Part shown: positions 37,254 to 47,543 of the stretch, one piece after another
Numbering within the stretch: the stretch's first letter is position 1
Layout of the letters: the number at the start of each line of letters is the position of its first letter
NCBI GenBank assembly: GCA_043797265.1
Contig: JAZDPV010000018.1
Coordinates: 11,268-75,267, forward strand
Origin: an archaeon
GTDB lineage: Archaea; Nanobdellota; Nanobdellia; Pacearchaeales; GW2011-AR1
Length of the DNA: 64,000 bases
Reading direction: 5' to 3'
Program-made: the position numbers and the translations under genes
The notes under the pieces: model-generated
Database searches by the model: none
The model's input: the letters and a program-made list of their open reading frames with translations, nothing else
What the model was told of the DNA's origin: nothing

Positions 37254-37862
37254 TTAGAGATGGTTTGTTTTGTCTAATAATTTTTCAGGGGTTTGAGTTA
37301 AAAATGATACATTCCTTTTTATTTTGTTTATATTCCAATTCCACCATTTGAGTTTGAGTAATTTTTTGATTGTTTTTTCATCAAATCTTTTTCTGATTGT
37401 TTGACATGGGCTCCCTATTACAATTGAATAAGGTTCGACGGATTTGGCTACGACCGCCCCTGCTCCTATTATTGCTCCGTCTTTTATCTCTACTCCGGAT
37501 AAAATCGTTGCATCTTGACCAATCCACACATCATTTCCGATTGTGACATTTCCTTTGGAAAATTCTGTCTGGACATCTCCCCAATTAAGTCTTTCTTTAA
37601 ATGGATAAGTGGAAATTTTATTTGTTTTATGTTCTCCTCCGAGAAATATTTTAACTCCTTCTGCAATAGAACAAAATTTTCCAATTTTGAGATTATTGGT
37701 TGAATTATATTTTAATATTCTCGGTGTCCCATAGGTGAATTCTCCAATATTATATTTGCTAAATAAGGGATCATCTTTGGTTTGTAATAGCGGGTTGAAA
37801 AATCTTTTAATTTTCGATATTAATATTATGATTTTTGTATTAATTTTTTTTATAGGTCCCAT
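37254..37862 (-). CDS. Hexapeptide-repeat (XAT/CatB/Vat-like) acetyltransferase
   Basis: KIGKFCSIAEGVKIF...ISTYPF...VTIGNDVWIGQDATILSGVEIKDGAIIGAGAVV are left-handed beta-helix repeats. Confidence 0.8.
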   Translation of the reverse strand: MGPIKKINTKIIILISKIKRFFNPLLQTKDDPLFSKYNIGEFTYGTPRILKYNSTNNLKIGKFCSIAEGVKIFLGGEHKTNKISTYPFKERLNWGDVQTEFSKGNVTIGNDVWIGQDATILSGVEIKDGAIIGAGAVVAKSVEPYSIVIGSPCQTIRKRFDEKTIKKLLKLKWWNWNINKIKRNVSFLTQTPEKLLDKTNHL

Positions 37863-37973
37863 ACTTTTTATTATACAGGGGGATATATAAATTTTTATAT
37901 TGGAAGAGTTTATTAGATTAATTTTTTGAGTTTTTATAGTAAAATATATAAGAAAGATTATTTTCTATTGTTT

Positions 37974-38906
37974 ATGAAAAATAAAGTTTCAGTAATAATA
38001 TTAAATTGGAATGGAAGCAAAGATACATTGGAGTGTTTAGATAGTTTGTTTAAATCGGATTTTTTGGATTATGAGGTAGTGTTAGTAGATAATGCTTCTT
38101 CTGATAAATCGGTTGAAGAATTTGAAAAAATAAAAAATAAGCGAGTAAGATTAATTTTTAATGAAAAAAATCTTGGATTTGCTTTAGGATTTAACAAAGC
38201 GGTCAAGAGTATTTTAAATAAAGAATCAAAATATGTAATGATATTAAATAGTGATGTGATTGTTGATAAATTTTTTTTGGGAAGATTAGTGGGGCTAATG
38301 GATAAAAATGATGATGTTGCGATTGCGTCGCCGGTGGTTTATGATTATTATAATAAGAAAGAGTTGAGTAAAATGGATTTTCCAGGAAGATTTAATTTAA
38401 AAAATGGCGGAGGGGAGCCATGGTTTAAGGATGCTGATGAAATAAGGAAAATAAAAAATTCTTTTAAAGTTGATTATGGGTGTGGTTCCTGTTGGATAAT
38501 AAGAAAAAAAATCGTGAAAGATGTTGGATTTTTTAATGAGAAATTTTTTGCTTATGCGGAAGAAATTGATATGGCAATGAGATTGAAAAAGAGTGGATAT
38601 AATTTTTATATTAATCCGAATTCTAAGATTTGGCACAAAGTTGGATCAGCGTCGGGTAAAATTTTGGGGTTTAGACTTTATTACTCAATAAGGAATATGA
38701 TTTGGATAGAGAGGATTCATGCGACGAGAAAAGAGTTTTTGTTTTTTGTTTTGAATTTTTGTTTTAAAAAATTTCCAAAAAATGTTTATAATATATTGAC
38801 GCAAAAAAACAAGTTAGTGAATTTATTTAAATTTACAAAAGCGATAATTGATGGATTTTTTAAGAAGAAAGAGAAATTTTGTTCTAGTAAATTTTATATG
38901 ATTTAA
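37974..38906 (+). CDS. Glycosyltransferase family 2
   Basis: VSVIILNWNG...VVLVDNASSD...LGFALGFNKA...ILNSDV... is the GT2 (DxD) N-terminal domain. An upstream ATG at 37926 is possible. Confidence 0.8.
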   Translation: MKNKVSVIILNWNGSKDTLECLDSLFKSDFLDYEVVLVDNASSDKSVEEFEKIKNKRVRLIFNEKNLGFALGFNKAVKSILNKESKYVMILNSDVIVDKFFLGRLVGLMDKNDDVAIASPVVYDYYNKKELSKMDFPGRFNLKNGGGEPWFKDADEIRKIKNSFKVDYGCGSCWIIRKKIVKDVGFFNEKFFAYAEEIDMAMRLKKSGYNFYINPNSKIWHKVGSASGKILGFRLYYSIRNMIWIERIHATRKEFLFFVLNFCFKKFPKNVYNILTQKNKLVNLFKFTKAIIDGFFKKKEKFCSSKFYMI

Positions 38907-38940
38907 TAAGTTTTATTAAGGATATTTTTATATTTTCAGT

Positions 38941-39768
38941 ATGAAAAACAAGATAAAGGTTTTTAAGAAAAAGGCAGACGAGTTGTCTAATTTGGAGGAT
39001 AAACAAGAGAAAAATCGTTTGTGGTGGGAGTCTTTGCCCATGACTTATCAAGACTGGGGTAGTAAGGAGAGAATTCCGAAGACGAAAGGAGATTTTTTAA
39101 TAGCGGAGAAGGAGCTATTGAATAGTAAATTTTTAAGTGAGTTTGATTTTGGAAAATTTTCAGGAAAGTCAGTTTTGGAGATAGGTTGTGGGGTAGGCGC
39201 AGCGAGTTGTTTGTTCGCAAGAAATGGAGCTAATGTGACGGCTTTAGACATAACTAAACAGGCGATGGAAATCACAAGGGCGAACGCCAAAATTCAGGGT
39301 GTAAAAATTAAGATGTTAAACCAAGATGTGGAGAAAATGACATTAGAAAATAAAGATTTTGATTTTATTTTTTCTTGGGGTGCGTTGCATCATTCGAAGA
39401 ATACAATTAAGGCTTTTGAAAATGTTGCAAGGATCCTTAAAAAAGGGGGTAGGGGTTTGATAATGGTATATAATAAAAATAGCGCAAGATATTATATCAA
39501 TGGATTGAATTGGCTTTTTCTTAAGGGGAAATTGTTTAGGGGGTATAATTTGGAAACTGTTCAGGATTTTTATACTGATGGATATTATCATAGACATTTT
39601 ACCCTAAGAGAATTGAGGGAAGAACTTGAGAAATTTGGGCTTAAGTGTAATAAAATAAGTATAACTCATATGGGTTACAAAATGTTGCCGTTCGTTCCGA
39701 GGAGAATTGAGCAATGGGTAAAGGATAATTATGGTTGGTTGTTGGTTGCGGAATTTGAAAAAAGATAA
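38941..39768 (+). CDS. Class I SAM-dependent methyltransferase
   Basis: SVLEIGCGVGAASCLFARNGANVTALDIT (motif I) and FDFIFSWGALHH. Confidence 0.75.
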   Translation: MKNKIKVFKKKADELSNLEDKQEKNRLWWESLPMTYQDWGSKERIPKTKGDFLIAEKELLNSKFLSEFDFGKFSGKSVLEIGCGVGAASCLFARNGANVTALDITKQAMEITRANAKIQGVKIKMLNQDVEKMTLENKDFDFIFSWGALHHSKNTIKAFENVARILKKGGRGLIMVYNKNSARYYINGLNWLFLKGKLFRGYNLETVQDFYTDGYYHRHFTLRELREELEKFGLKCNKISITHMGYKMLPFVPRRIEQWVKDNYGWLLVAEFEKR

Positions 39769-39806
39769 ACATGTAATTTTAAAAACTCTATTATCCCTAT
39801 TTTTTT

Positions 39807-41612
39807 ATGTGCGGAATAAATGGATTTAATTTTGTAAATAAAACAATTTTAAAAGAAATGAATGATTCTCTTTTTCATAGGGGCCCGGATGCTTCGGGAG
39901 AATTTTTAGATGTGAAGTTGAAGTTGTCTTTGGGGCAACGTCGTCTTTCTGTAATTGACATTTCAGAGAAAGGTGCTCAGCCGATGACTTATTCTCATAA
40001 AAAAAGGAGTGCGACAATAACGTTTAATGGAGAAATTTACAATTTTCAAGAGATAAAAAAGGGATTAGTTGGGAAGGGATATAAATTCAGGTCGGCTTCA
40101 GATACAGAAGTTATTCTTGCTTCATATTTAGAATGGGGGAAGGATTGTGTTAAAAAATTTAATGGTATGTGGGCATTTTGTATATATGATTCACAAAAGA
40201 AAATTCTTTTTCTTTCAAGGGATAGGGTTGGGGAAAAACCTCTTTATTATTATTTTGATAGGGGAAAATTTATTTTTTCGTCGGAGATTAAGGGAATATT
40301 AAAACATGATATATCCCAAAAGTTGAATGAGGATGCTATTGATTTGTATTTTTCGTTGGGTTTTATTCCTGCGCCATATTCAATTTATAAAAAGATTCAA
40401 AAATTAGAACAAAGGCAATCTTTAATTTTTGATTTAGATAAAAAAGAAATTAAAAAAGAGTACTATTATGATTGGCCGGATTTTAATCCGATAAAGGATA
40501 AATTAAAATTGAAAAAGGATTTTAATGATTTGATGATGAATTCTGTGAAGATGAGAATGATTTCAGATGTGCCACTGGGGGCTTTTCTTTCAGGGGGATT
40601 AGATTCGTCAACCATCGTAAATTACGCAAAAAAGTTTAATCAAAATATAAATACGTATTCAATAGGATTTGAGGGTTGTTTAGATGAGACACCGAGAATA
40701 GATATTTTGAAAAAACATTTTGGGACGAGGCATCATCATAAATACTTTAAAGAAAGAGATTTCCGGGAAATGCTTAAGGATATTTTTTGTTATTATGATG
40801 AGCCCCTCGCTGATTATTCGATGTTTCCGACGAGAATGCTTTCGAAATTTGCAAGGGAAAGATTGACTGTTTCTTTAAGCGGTGACGGAGGGGATGAAAT
40901 CTTTGGAGGATATCCGAGATACAAGATGGCTTATCGAATGGAAATTTTGAGAAAAATACCTTATGTTATTAGAAAGATGTTGATGTGTTTGCCATTTGAT
41001 AAATTAAAAGAAGGGCTAAGATTAAGTTTTCTTCCGAGAGAAACCTTTTATTCAGAAGCTAGAAAAAATTATTATAAACCAAAAATAACAAAAGATATTT
41101 TATCAAGTAAATTAAAAGGGTGCCTACGAAGAGCTAATGGGAATTTGGTGGAAGCTATTCGCCTAATGGATATAGAATTTTATACGTTACCAGATAATTT
41201 TTTGATGAAAGTAGATAGGGCATCAATGATTAATTCCCTGGAAGTTCGTTGTCCTTTTTTGGATTATAGGTTGATTGAATATTCAATGAGATTGCCGACG
41301 AGATATAAAGTTTCTTTGTTTGGGGAAAAGACATTTTTTAAAGAAATAATATCTGGGTTTTTGCCTAAGACAATAATAAAGAAAAAGAAAATGGGGTTTA
41401 CTCCGCCGATTGGGGAATGGATGCAAAAAGATAATTATAAAAAAAAACTGAGTGCGATGCTGGGCAATCTCTATAAAAAGAAAATTATTTCTAAGCAGTG
41501 GTTCGATTTTTATAAAAAAGAAATTTTTTCGTGTAATTTGATGGTTCCAAATAATTATAAAATAAGATTATTTTTGTTTTATAGATGGTGCAAATATTGG
41601 AAGGTTATTTGA
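39807..41612 (+). CDS. asnB: Asparagine synthetase B family (glutamine-hydrolysing amidotransferase)
   Basis: MCGINGF N-terminal nucleophile, and an SGGLDSS PP-loop. Confidence 0.9.
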   Translation: MCGINGFNFVNKTILKEMNDSLFHRGPDASGEFLDVKLKLSLGQRRLSVIDISEKGAQPMTYSHKKRSATITFNGEIYNFQEIKKGLVGKGYKFRSASDTEVILASYLEWGKDCVKKFNGMWAFCIYDSQKKILFLSRDRVGEKPLYYYFDRGKFIFSSEIKGILKHDISQKLNEDAIDLYFSLGFIPAPYSIYKKIQKLEQRQSLIFDLDKKEIKKEYYYDWPDFNPIKDKLKLKKDFNDLMMNSVKMRMISDVPLGAFLSGGLDSSTIVNYAKKFNQNINTYSIGFEGCLDETPRIDILKKHFGTRHHHKYFKERDFREMLKDIFCYYDEPLADYSMFPTRMLSKFARERLTVSLSGDGGDEIFGGYPRYKMAYRMEILRKIPYVIRKMLMCLPFDKLKEGLRLSFLPRETFYSEARKNYYKPKITKDILSSKLKGCLRRANGNLVEAIRLMDIEFYTLPDNFLMKVDRASMINSLEVRCPFLDYRLIEYSMRLPTRYKVSLFGEKTFFKEIISGFLPKTIIKKKKMGFTPPIGEWMQKDNYKKKLSAMLGNLYKKKIISKQWFDFYKKEIFSCNLMVPNNYKIRLFLFYRWCKYWKVI

Positions 41613-42696
41613 AAAATTTGAAAAATTTCTTCTCATATTTTTTTATCTCAAACTCTTTTAGAAATTTTCTTCTTCCTGTTATGCCCATTTTTTCCCAGTT
41701 TTTATGTTCTAAGATTTTTTTTACGATTTCTTCACTGGTATTTTCATTTAATAAAAATCCCGTTCTCCCCTCATTGATGATTGAAGGAATTGCTCCTTCT
41801 TTGTTTGCAATTATTGGGACTCCAAACATATAGGCTTCAATTAATACTTTCCCGAAAGTGTCCATCCCTGTTGGAAGAACTAAGCAATTTGCTTTTTCTA
41901 AGAATTTGTTTTTTTCTTTGCCTGTTTTTTTACCATGCGCGAATACCCCTTTTTTTAATTCATTTCTCTTTACAAAATCGGTAAAATATTCCTCATCGTT
42001 TTTATTTAGCCAACCTCCAACAAAATCACATCTAAAATTAAACTTTTTCTTATTTAAAATTTCACAAGCATCTAATAGATTCATCCATCCCTTGGTTTTA
42101 TCCATATTTGACAAAAATAAAATATTAAACTGCTTATTTTTCTTTCTCTTTAAAAGAATATTTTTTAACTCATTGTTAGAAACTTCATTTTTTACAGCAT
42201 TGGGTAAAACTCTTATATCTTTCCTTAGAATAATTCCTCGAAGATCGTTAATTAATTCTTTTCCCAAAACAATAGCCTTATTCTCCCTATAGATGTCTTT
42301 TAATAGTTTCCTTCCAATAACACTTTTCCAGGTTTTTTTTAAAATTCTACTTCTAATATGGAATAAGATTTTTCCCTTCCGATGTTTCTTAATTTCACGG
42401 ACAAACAACCAATCCCGGATTAATCCAAAAGAATAAGTGGCGGGAACAAAATAGATAAAATCTGGTTTAAATTCTTTGATTATTTTTTTAATTTGTTTTT
42501 TGACATAAAATATTCCTTTAATTTTTTGCGAATTAATTTTTCCTACATCTGCTATATCTTTGGAATAATTTAATTTAATGTTTTTAACTTGGAATTTGTC
42601 GGATTCCTTTAAAATATTTAGACACATTTTGCTGGATACTGCGCTTCCGTAATGCGGTGGAGGAAGGGGGCTTAAAAATAAAATTTTCTTTTTCAT
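41605..42696 (-). CDS. Glycosyltransferase, GT4 family (group 1)
   Basis: VLPTGMDTFGKVLIEAYMFGVPIIANKEGAIPSIINEGRTGFLL is the GT1 C-domain. Confidence 0.8.
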   Translation of the reverse strand: MKKKILFLSPLPPPHYGSAVSSKMCLNILKESDKFQVKNIKLNYSKDIADVGKINSQKIKGIFYVKKQIKKIIKEFKPDFIYFVPATYSFGLIRDWLFVREIKKHRKGKILFHIRSRILKKTWKSVIGRKLLKDIYRENKAIVLGKELINDLRGIILRKDIRVLPNAVKNEVSNNELKNILLKRKKNKQFNILFLSNMDKTKGWMNLLDACEILNKKKFNFRCDFVGGWLNKNDEEYFTDFVKRNELKKGVFAHGKKTGKEKNKFLEKANCLVLPTGMDTFGKVLIEAYMFGVPIIANKEGAIPSIINEGRTGFLLNENTSEEIVKKILEHKNWEKMGITGRRKFLKEFEIKKYEKKFFKFFK

Positions 42697-42743
42697 ATAT
42701 TTTGATGAATAGAAATGATTTTAAATAGTATTGTGTCTTTGAT

Positions 42744-44003
42744 TTGATGATATTGTATTTTGATAATTTGATAACGAATATTCCCTTAAACCCTGGAATA
42801 TACACCGACCTTGATGCGATAAGGGATTCCTGCAAATCTTATTCAACAAGAGATAGATATGATGTTACTCTGTACACTTTGGCAAGTTATGCAGAAATAG
42901 ATTGGGAGGAGGTGGTGATTGTGTATGAGTTTGGAAAGGATATGGTTGAAAGAAAAAAAGAATTTGAAAAGTTTGTTAAGGCTTTTTGGCCAAAGGCTTA
43001 TTTGTTTTATGGGAGAAGTGATAATCAAAAAAAATTTCAGGAGAGGTTGAGATTTATTAATAAATTAAAGGGTGATTGGATTTTTTACGCTGGGAATAAT
43101 GATCATCCTTTTGTTGCTCCAAATAAAAATCTTTTAAATTCTTGTTTAATAAAAGCAAAGTTACTAGCTAAAAAAAACAAGTATGTTTCCATTAGTTTTT
43201 CTCATTTTTGGGAGACGTACCATATGTCGAAAAAGGGTTCTGCTTATCGTGATTATATGTCTTTGCGTCCAAAAATACTGGAAGAAAATGATGACTATTT
43301 TATTTGTTTATTTTATGAAATATGGGGACATTCTATGCAAATTTTTAATAAAAAATTAATGAATTATATGTTGTTTTCTGAAGATTTGGGGGATGGTGTC
43401 TTTAAAAAAATAGAAGAAATTACATGGCACGAAAAAATGAAAAATAAAAAGATAAATCAAATTTCAGTGATACCGAAAGATGTTCTTTGCGATCACTTTG
43501 ATGGTTATGGTCATACAAAAAATTCTCTTTTCCCTGTTCCAACGGATATATTTCCTCCTCTATTTATTCCTAGTGGATTTTTTGAAAATAAAATAAAAAT
43601 TCGTTATGGGTATAATGATTATAAGGAGGGATGGGTTAATGTTAATCCCCTAATTAGAAAATATAAATTTCAAGATAAGAATGGGATTGATTTGAAAATT
43701 TCGATTGATGAAATCCCCCTATTCTGGGAAAAGAGAATTAAAAAGGTAGACGTTAATCCGAATTTAAATGAAAAACTTGTCAATAAAAAAAGAGGGGAGA
43801 TAAAAAGAAAAATGAGAGATTCGTATGGGCCAATTAAAAAAAGGAGTTGTAGATATCGCTTAAAGTATAAAATTATTTCTGGTAATTACTTACCTTATTG
43901 CGTAGTGGCCCTTTTGAGAAAAAATTGGTTAATAAAAAAAGTGCGTCGAAGATTTTTTGCCAAGGTAAAAAAAGAGCTTGAAAATAATATGAAAAGTTTT
44001 TAA
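42744..44003 (+). CDS. Hypothetical protein (419 aa) inside glycan cluster
   Basis: A long soluble ORF co-oriented within the island. No recognisable family. Confidence 0.4.
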   Translation: MMILYFDNLITNIPLNPGIYTDLDAIRDSCKSYSTRDRYDVTLYTLASYAEIDWEEVVIVYEFGKDMVERKKEFEKFVKAFWPKAYLFYGRSDNQKKFQERLRFINKLKGDWIFYAGNNDHPFVAPNKNLLNSCLIKAKLLAKKNKYVSISFSHFWETYHMSKKGSAYRDYMSLRPKILEENDDYFICLFYEIWGHSMQIFNKKLMNYMLFSEDLGDGVFKKIEEITWHEKMKNKKINQISVIPKDVLCDHFDGYGHTKNSLFPVPTDIFPPLFIPSGFFENKIKIRYGYNDYKEGWVNVNPLIRKYKFQDKNGIDLKISIDEIPLFWEKRIKKVDVNPNLNEKLVNKKRGEIKRKMRDSYGPIKKRSCRYRLKYKIISGNYLPYCVVALLRKNWLIKKVRRRFFAKVKKELENNMKSF

Positions 44004-44025
44004 AAATTGTTTGATATTTATCAAA

Positions 44026-45189
44026 TTATAAAAAGATGCATTCAATATTGGGATTTATGTCTTTAATTTGTTCAGATATTTCCTGATTAAATTGCACGGC
44101 GTTTAAAAAAATTCTTAAATTATTTCTATCTTTGGTAATAATATCTTCGGGTTTTCTGCATATAAGGTTTGTTCCATAAAGTCTTTTGTTTTGTTTTGGC
44201 GGACTATTATCCAAAACTCCTTTGAAAATTTTTTCGTCGAGACCGTAGGCAAAAAGTGGGTGGGCAATGAGACTTGCTCCGAATAGCCAGTTTTCTTTAT
44301 CTGGTTTTGCGAATGTTTTTACTTTATTAATTCTTTCTAAAATTCTTTGTCCGTATTGATCAATCATTTTTTTCGTGTATTCTTTCATGTCGCTTAATTC
44401 GTATGATGATGGATGATCAATTTTTTCCGCAACAATCTGGATTGAGTAGTCAGTATAAAAAGATATTTCTTTGATATGAAATCCGTGTTTTAGATGCAAT
44501 TGAATCCAATGTAAATTTGTACAAACTGATGTGTGTTCAAAATTTAATACATTCCCATATCCTTTTGAAAAATTATATTCTTGATTTGGGACAGTGGTGA
44601 TTAGTAGCCCCCCATTTTTTAATGCTTTTCGTGAATTCTCAAAATATTCATTAAAATCCATGAAATGTTCTAGGGTGTGGCATGAGATAATTGTGTCAAA
44701 TTTTTCTTTGAGTTCTTTTGCGGTTTTACTATTAAAGAGGCCGTTATGCACAATTACATTTTCTCGTGGACCAAAGTAAAGTGGGTCAAATACTTCAACC
44801 CCAGAACTATAATAACTTAATAATCGTTGAGTAATTTTCCCTTGCCCGGCACCGATTTCTAAAATTCTTCCACTTTTGTGATGTTTTTTTATTAATTCAA
44901 AAAGTGAATTATATTGCGCTTCCCAAAACTTTCCTATTCCATCAGCATGAAAAATTTCATATAAAACTTCTGGGTCGATGATATCTTTTAGCGTTATGAG
45001 CCCACAGTCTTCGCAAATGCAAATGTTTATTGGGGCGAATTTGTCGTCTTCTCTTGGGGTGTCGATGCAAATCGGCAGAATTGGCATTTTTATATTTACG
45101 TGTGGTGGGATGCTTTCTGAGAGATTAGGAGAAGAACAAGCTGGGCATTTTGTTCTTTGGCTGATGTGTTTTGAAATTTCTTTTTCCAT
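44026..45189 (-). CDS. Zn-ribbon-containing SAM-dependent (C-)methyltransferase (TylC3/NovU-like architecture)
   Basis: N-terminal CPACSS...CEDCG ribbon, a class I MTase tract RILEIGAGQG, and a C-terminal C-methyltransferase-like domain. Confidence 0.65.
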   Translation of the reverse strand: MEKEISKHISQRTKCPACSSPNLSESIPPHVNIKMPILPICIDTPREDDKFAPINICICEDCGLITLKDIIDPEVLYEIFHADGIGKFWEAQYNSLFELIKKHHKSGRILEIGAGQGKITQRLLSYYSSGVEVFDPLYFGPRENVIVHNGLFNSKTAKELKEKFDTIISCHTLEHFMDFNEYFENSRKALKNGGLLITTVPNQEYNFSKGYGNVLNFEHTSVCTNLHWIQLHLKHGFHIKEISFYTDYSIQIVAEKIDHPSSYELSDMKEYTKKMIDQYGQRILERINKVKTFAKPDKENWLFGASLIAHPLFAYGLDEKIFKGVLDNSPPKQNKRLYGTNLICRKPEDIITKDRNNLRIFLNAVQFNQEISEQIKDINPNIECIFL

Positions 45190-45226
45190 TTTTTTATATA
45201 ATAAAATATTATTATAAATTTATGCT

Positions 45227-46639
45227 TTATTGTTCGAATTCTTGTCTTAGCTCTATTAATCTTTCTCTTGATGGGTGAGGCGGGGATGGAAGGTCTAGAA
45301 CTGGAGCTCTGAAAAAATTGACTCCTTGGTCTTTGAATTCGTGGTCTTTGTCTATATAGCCTTTTTTGATACAAAGTTCTCTAATTTCAGTTCCGGGAAA
45401 TGGGTGTAAAAATCTGACGGAGAATCTATCTGGCTGAACTCTTTTGTGTAAGGCGATTGTTTCTTTTATCATTTCTTCTGTTTCGCTAGGGAAACCAATC
45501 ATATAATAGGCTGCGACTTTCATGCCCTCTCTCCTTATTGCTTCTACGGCTTCTTCGATAACTCCGTCTCTCATTGGTCGATTTAATACGTTTTTTCTTA
45601 AATCTGCATTCCCTGATTCCATGCCCATAGCTACCATTTTGCATCCCATCTCGGCTAAAATTTTTGCTTTTCCAGATTCCCCAATAAGGTTTTCGGGGCG
45701 GCTTTGAGTAAAAAAGCCGACGCCTATATTCCCTTTATATAATTCTGCAAATTTTTCAAAATCTTTTCGAGGCATTGCTGTTACATTTTCGTCAATGAGT
45801 TGAATGTGGGTAAATCCGGGTTCTTGTTTTTTCCCCATCATTCTTCTGATGTTTTCTTCTGGACTAAAAAATCTATAATTTCCTGGTTGAATGTCCCCTG
45901 GGGCTTTCATTTTGTGTAGTGCAGAATTTATGCAATAGCTGCATTTGTGGGGACACCCTCTACTCCATTCAAAAAATCCGTAGTTTTCTATTTTGCCTTC
46001 GAATGGGCGAATCCTATGTTTTTCGCTTAATAAGCTCCAGTCTGGGTCGGGGGTTTCGTCCATATGGAGAATGGGATAGCGAGAGTTGGTAATGATTTTG
46101 CCATTGTTTGTCTTCGTAACAAGATTTGGAATATTTGAAGTGTCTTGGTTTGTTTCTAATCTTTTTACTAATTCTAAAAGTGGTCTTTCTCCCTCTCCTA
46201 CGCAAACATAATCGATTGCGGGATTTTGGATTGCTTCATATGGGACGACGGTTGCGTGTGAGCCTCCAATGATTACTGGAATTCCAAGTTTTCTTTTTGT
46301 TGGTAGAATGAAATCGGTTAATGAATGAAATTCGAAAGAAGTTGAAGTAGCGGCAATTAAATCTGGTTTGTATTTTTCTACTTCTTCGTGAAATTTTTCT
46401 GTTAAGTCGACTGTTTCTCTTGTGTGGTCATATCCTGCAACTTTTTTGTATCCCCCTTTTTTACCTTGTCTTATGTCTATATCGTCCTCTAAAAAAGGAG
46501 AATTTTTATCTCGATAAAATGTTGTATCGAATACCTTGGCTTCTATGCCGTTTCTTTTCAAAGCTCCTCCGAGGGTAGCTATTGATATAGGCATGAATCC
46601 GCCCTCTACCCGGTTGTGATAGACAAATATTACTTTCAT
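45227..46639 (-). CDS. B12-binding radical SAM protein (class B rSAM, likely methyltransferase)
   Basis: N-terminal B12-binding Rossmann domain (VIIGGSHATV) followed by the CPHKCSYC (CxxxCxxC) radical SAM core. Confidence 0.85.
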   Translation of the reverse strand: MKVIFVYHNRVEGGFMPISIATLGGALKRNGIEAKVFDTTFYRDKNSPFLEDDIDIRQGKKGGYKKVAGYDHTRETVDLTEKFHEEVEKYKPDLIAATSTSFEFHSLTDFILPTKRKLGIPVIIGGSHATVVPYEAIQNPAIDYVCVGEGERPLLELVKRLETNQDTSNIPNLVTKTNNGKIITNSRYPILHMDETPDPDWSLLSEKHRIRPFEGKIENYGFFEWSRGCPHKCSYCINSALHKMKAPGDIQPGNYRFFSPEENIRRMMGKKQEPGFTHIQLIDENVTAMPRKDFEKFAELYKGNIGVGFFTQSRPENLIGESGKAKILAEMGCKMVAMGMESGNADLRKNVLNRPMRDGVIEEAVEAIRREGMKVAAYYMIGFPSETEEMIKETIALHKRVQPDRFSVRFLHPFPGTEIRELCIKKGYIDKDHEFKDQGVNFFRAPVLDLPSPPHPSRERLIELRQEFEQ

Positions 46640-46724
46640 TTTGTTATTGTTTTTTTTTATGCTTTATATATGTGTGTATGGTTCAGAATAATTATTTTTA
46701 TAAACTAAATAGGGGTGGATTATT

Positions 46725-47543
46725 ATGGTTGGTTCAACATATGGTTTGTTTATTGGAGAACTTGTTTCTGTAAGTTTGAATTATTCTATTCCTTCTCATC
46801 TTGAAAATTTAAGTGGTGATGAAAATTTAAGAAGGGTTGATTTGGAAAAATTGTCTGGGGAGTTGGTTTTGGCGGGTTCGTCCCTGGAGAAAAAGAAATC
46901 TGAGGGAACTATTTGGAGGATGGGATTCCCTGGAATGATTTTGGATGTTAATCATATTGGTCAAGCGAGATATGGAGAATTGACTGTTGATGTTTCGCCG
47001 ATACATCCGCATAGAGCTGATTTGGCCTATAAGGGGGATAAATCTCTTTCGAGGACACCTGTTCCTTTGACTGTTGGTGCGATGCTTTTGGACGATGAGG
47101 GGAATGAGGTTTTGGCTGTTCGGGGTGGGAAGGTTGAGAGTGGGAAGGTTGTTTCTTTTCCTGGAGGACATGTGGATTTTGAAAATCCAAGAGTTGAGAG
47201 TCCGGTCGCAGGTTTGTATCGAGAATTTTATGAAGAAGTTGGGATGAAGTTTGATTCTTCAAACCATAAGGCTTCTTTGATTGGGGTTATGAACAATAGT
47301 GATACTAAAGGGATAAATGTACTTTATGCTCTTAAAACACCGTCCTCATTTAAAGAAATAGAGGACTCTTGGAGGAATGCGGGGGATAGATTTGAGCATG
47401 ATTTGCTTTTCCCTGCTACTGGGTCGGATTTGAAAAATCTTGCGAAAGATGGGAAGATGACTCGTGGAGGTAGGGAGCTTGAGACAACTCCTTTTTTTAA
47501 GGATGTCTTTTCTCGTTATTTAGATTTTAAGAGTTTGGTTTAA
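46725..47543 (+). CDS. NUDIX hydrolase with ~110 aa N-terminal extension
   Basis: The Nudix box GGHVDFENPRVESPVAGLYREFYEEVG fits the GX5EX7REUXEEXGU pattern. Confidence 0.7.
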   Translation: MVGSTYGLFIGELVSVSLNYSIPSHLENLSGDENLRRVDLEKLSGELVLAGSSLEKKKSEGTIWRMGFPGMILDVNHIGQARYGELTVDVSPIHPHRADLAYKGDKSLSRTPVPLTVGAMLLDDEGNEVLAVRGGKVESGKVVSFPGGHVDFENPRVESPVAGLYREFYEEVGMKFDSSNHKASLIGVMNNSDTKGINVLYALKTPSSFKEIEDSWRNAGDRFEHDLLFPATGSDLKNLAKDGKMTRGGRELETTPFFKDVFSRYLDFKSLV

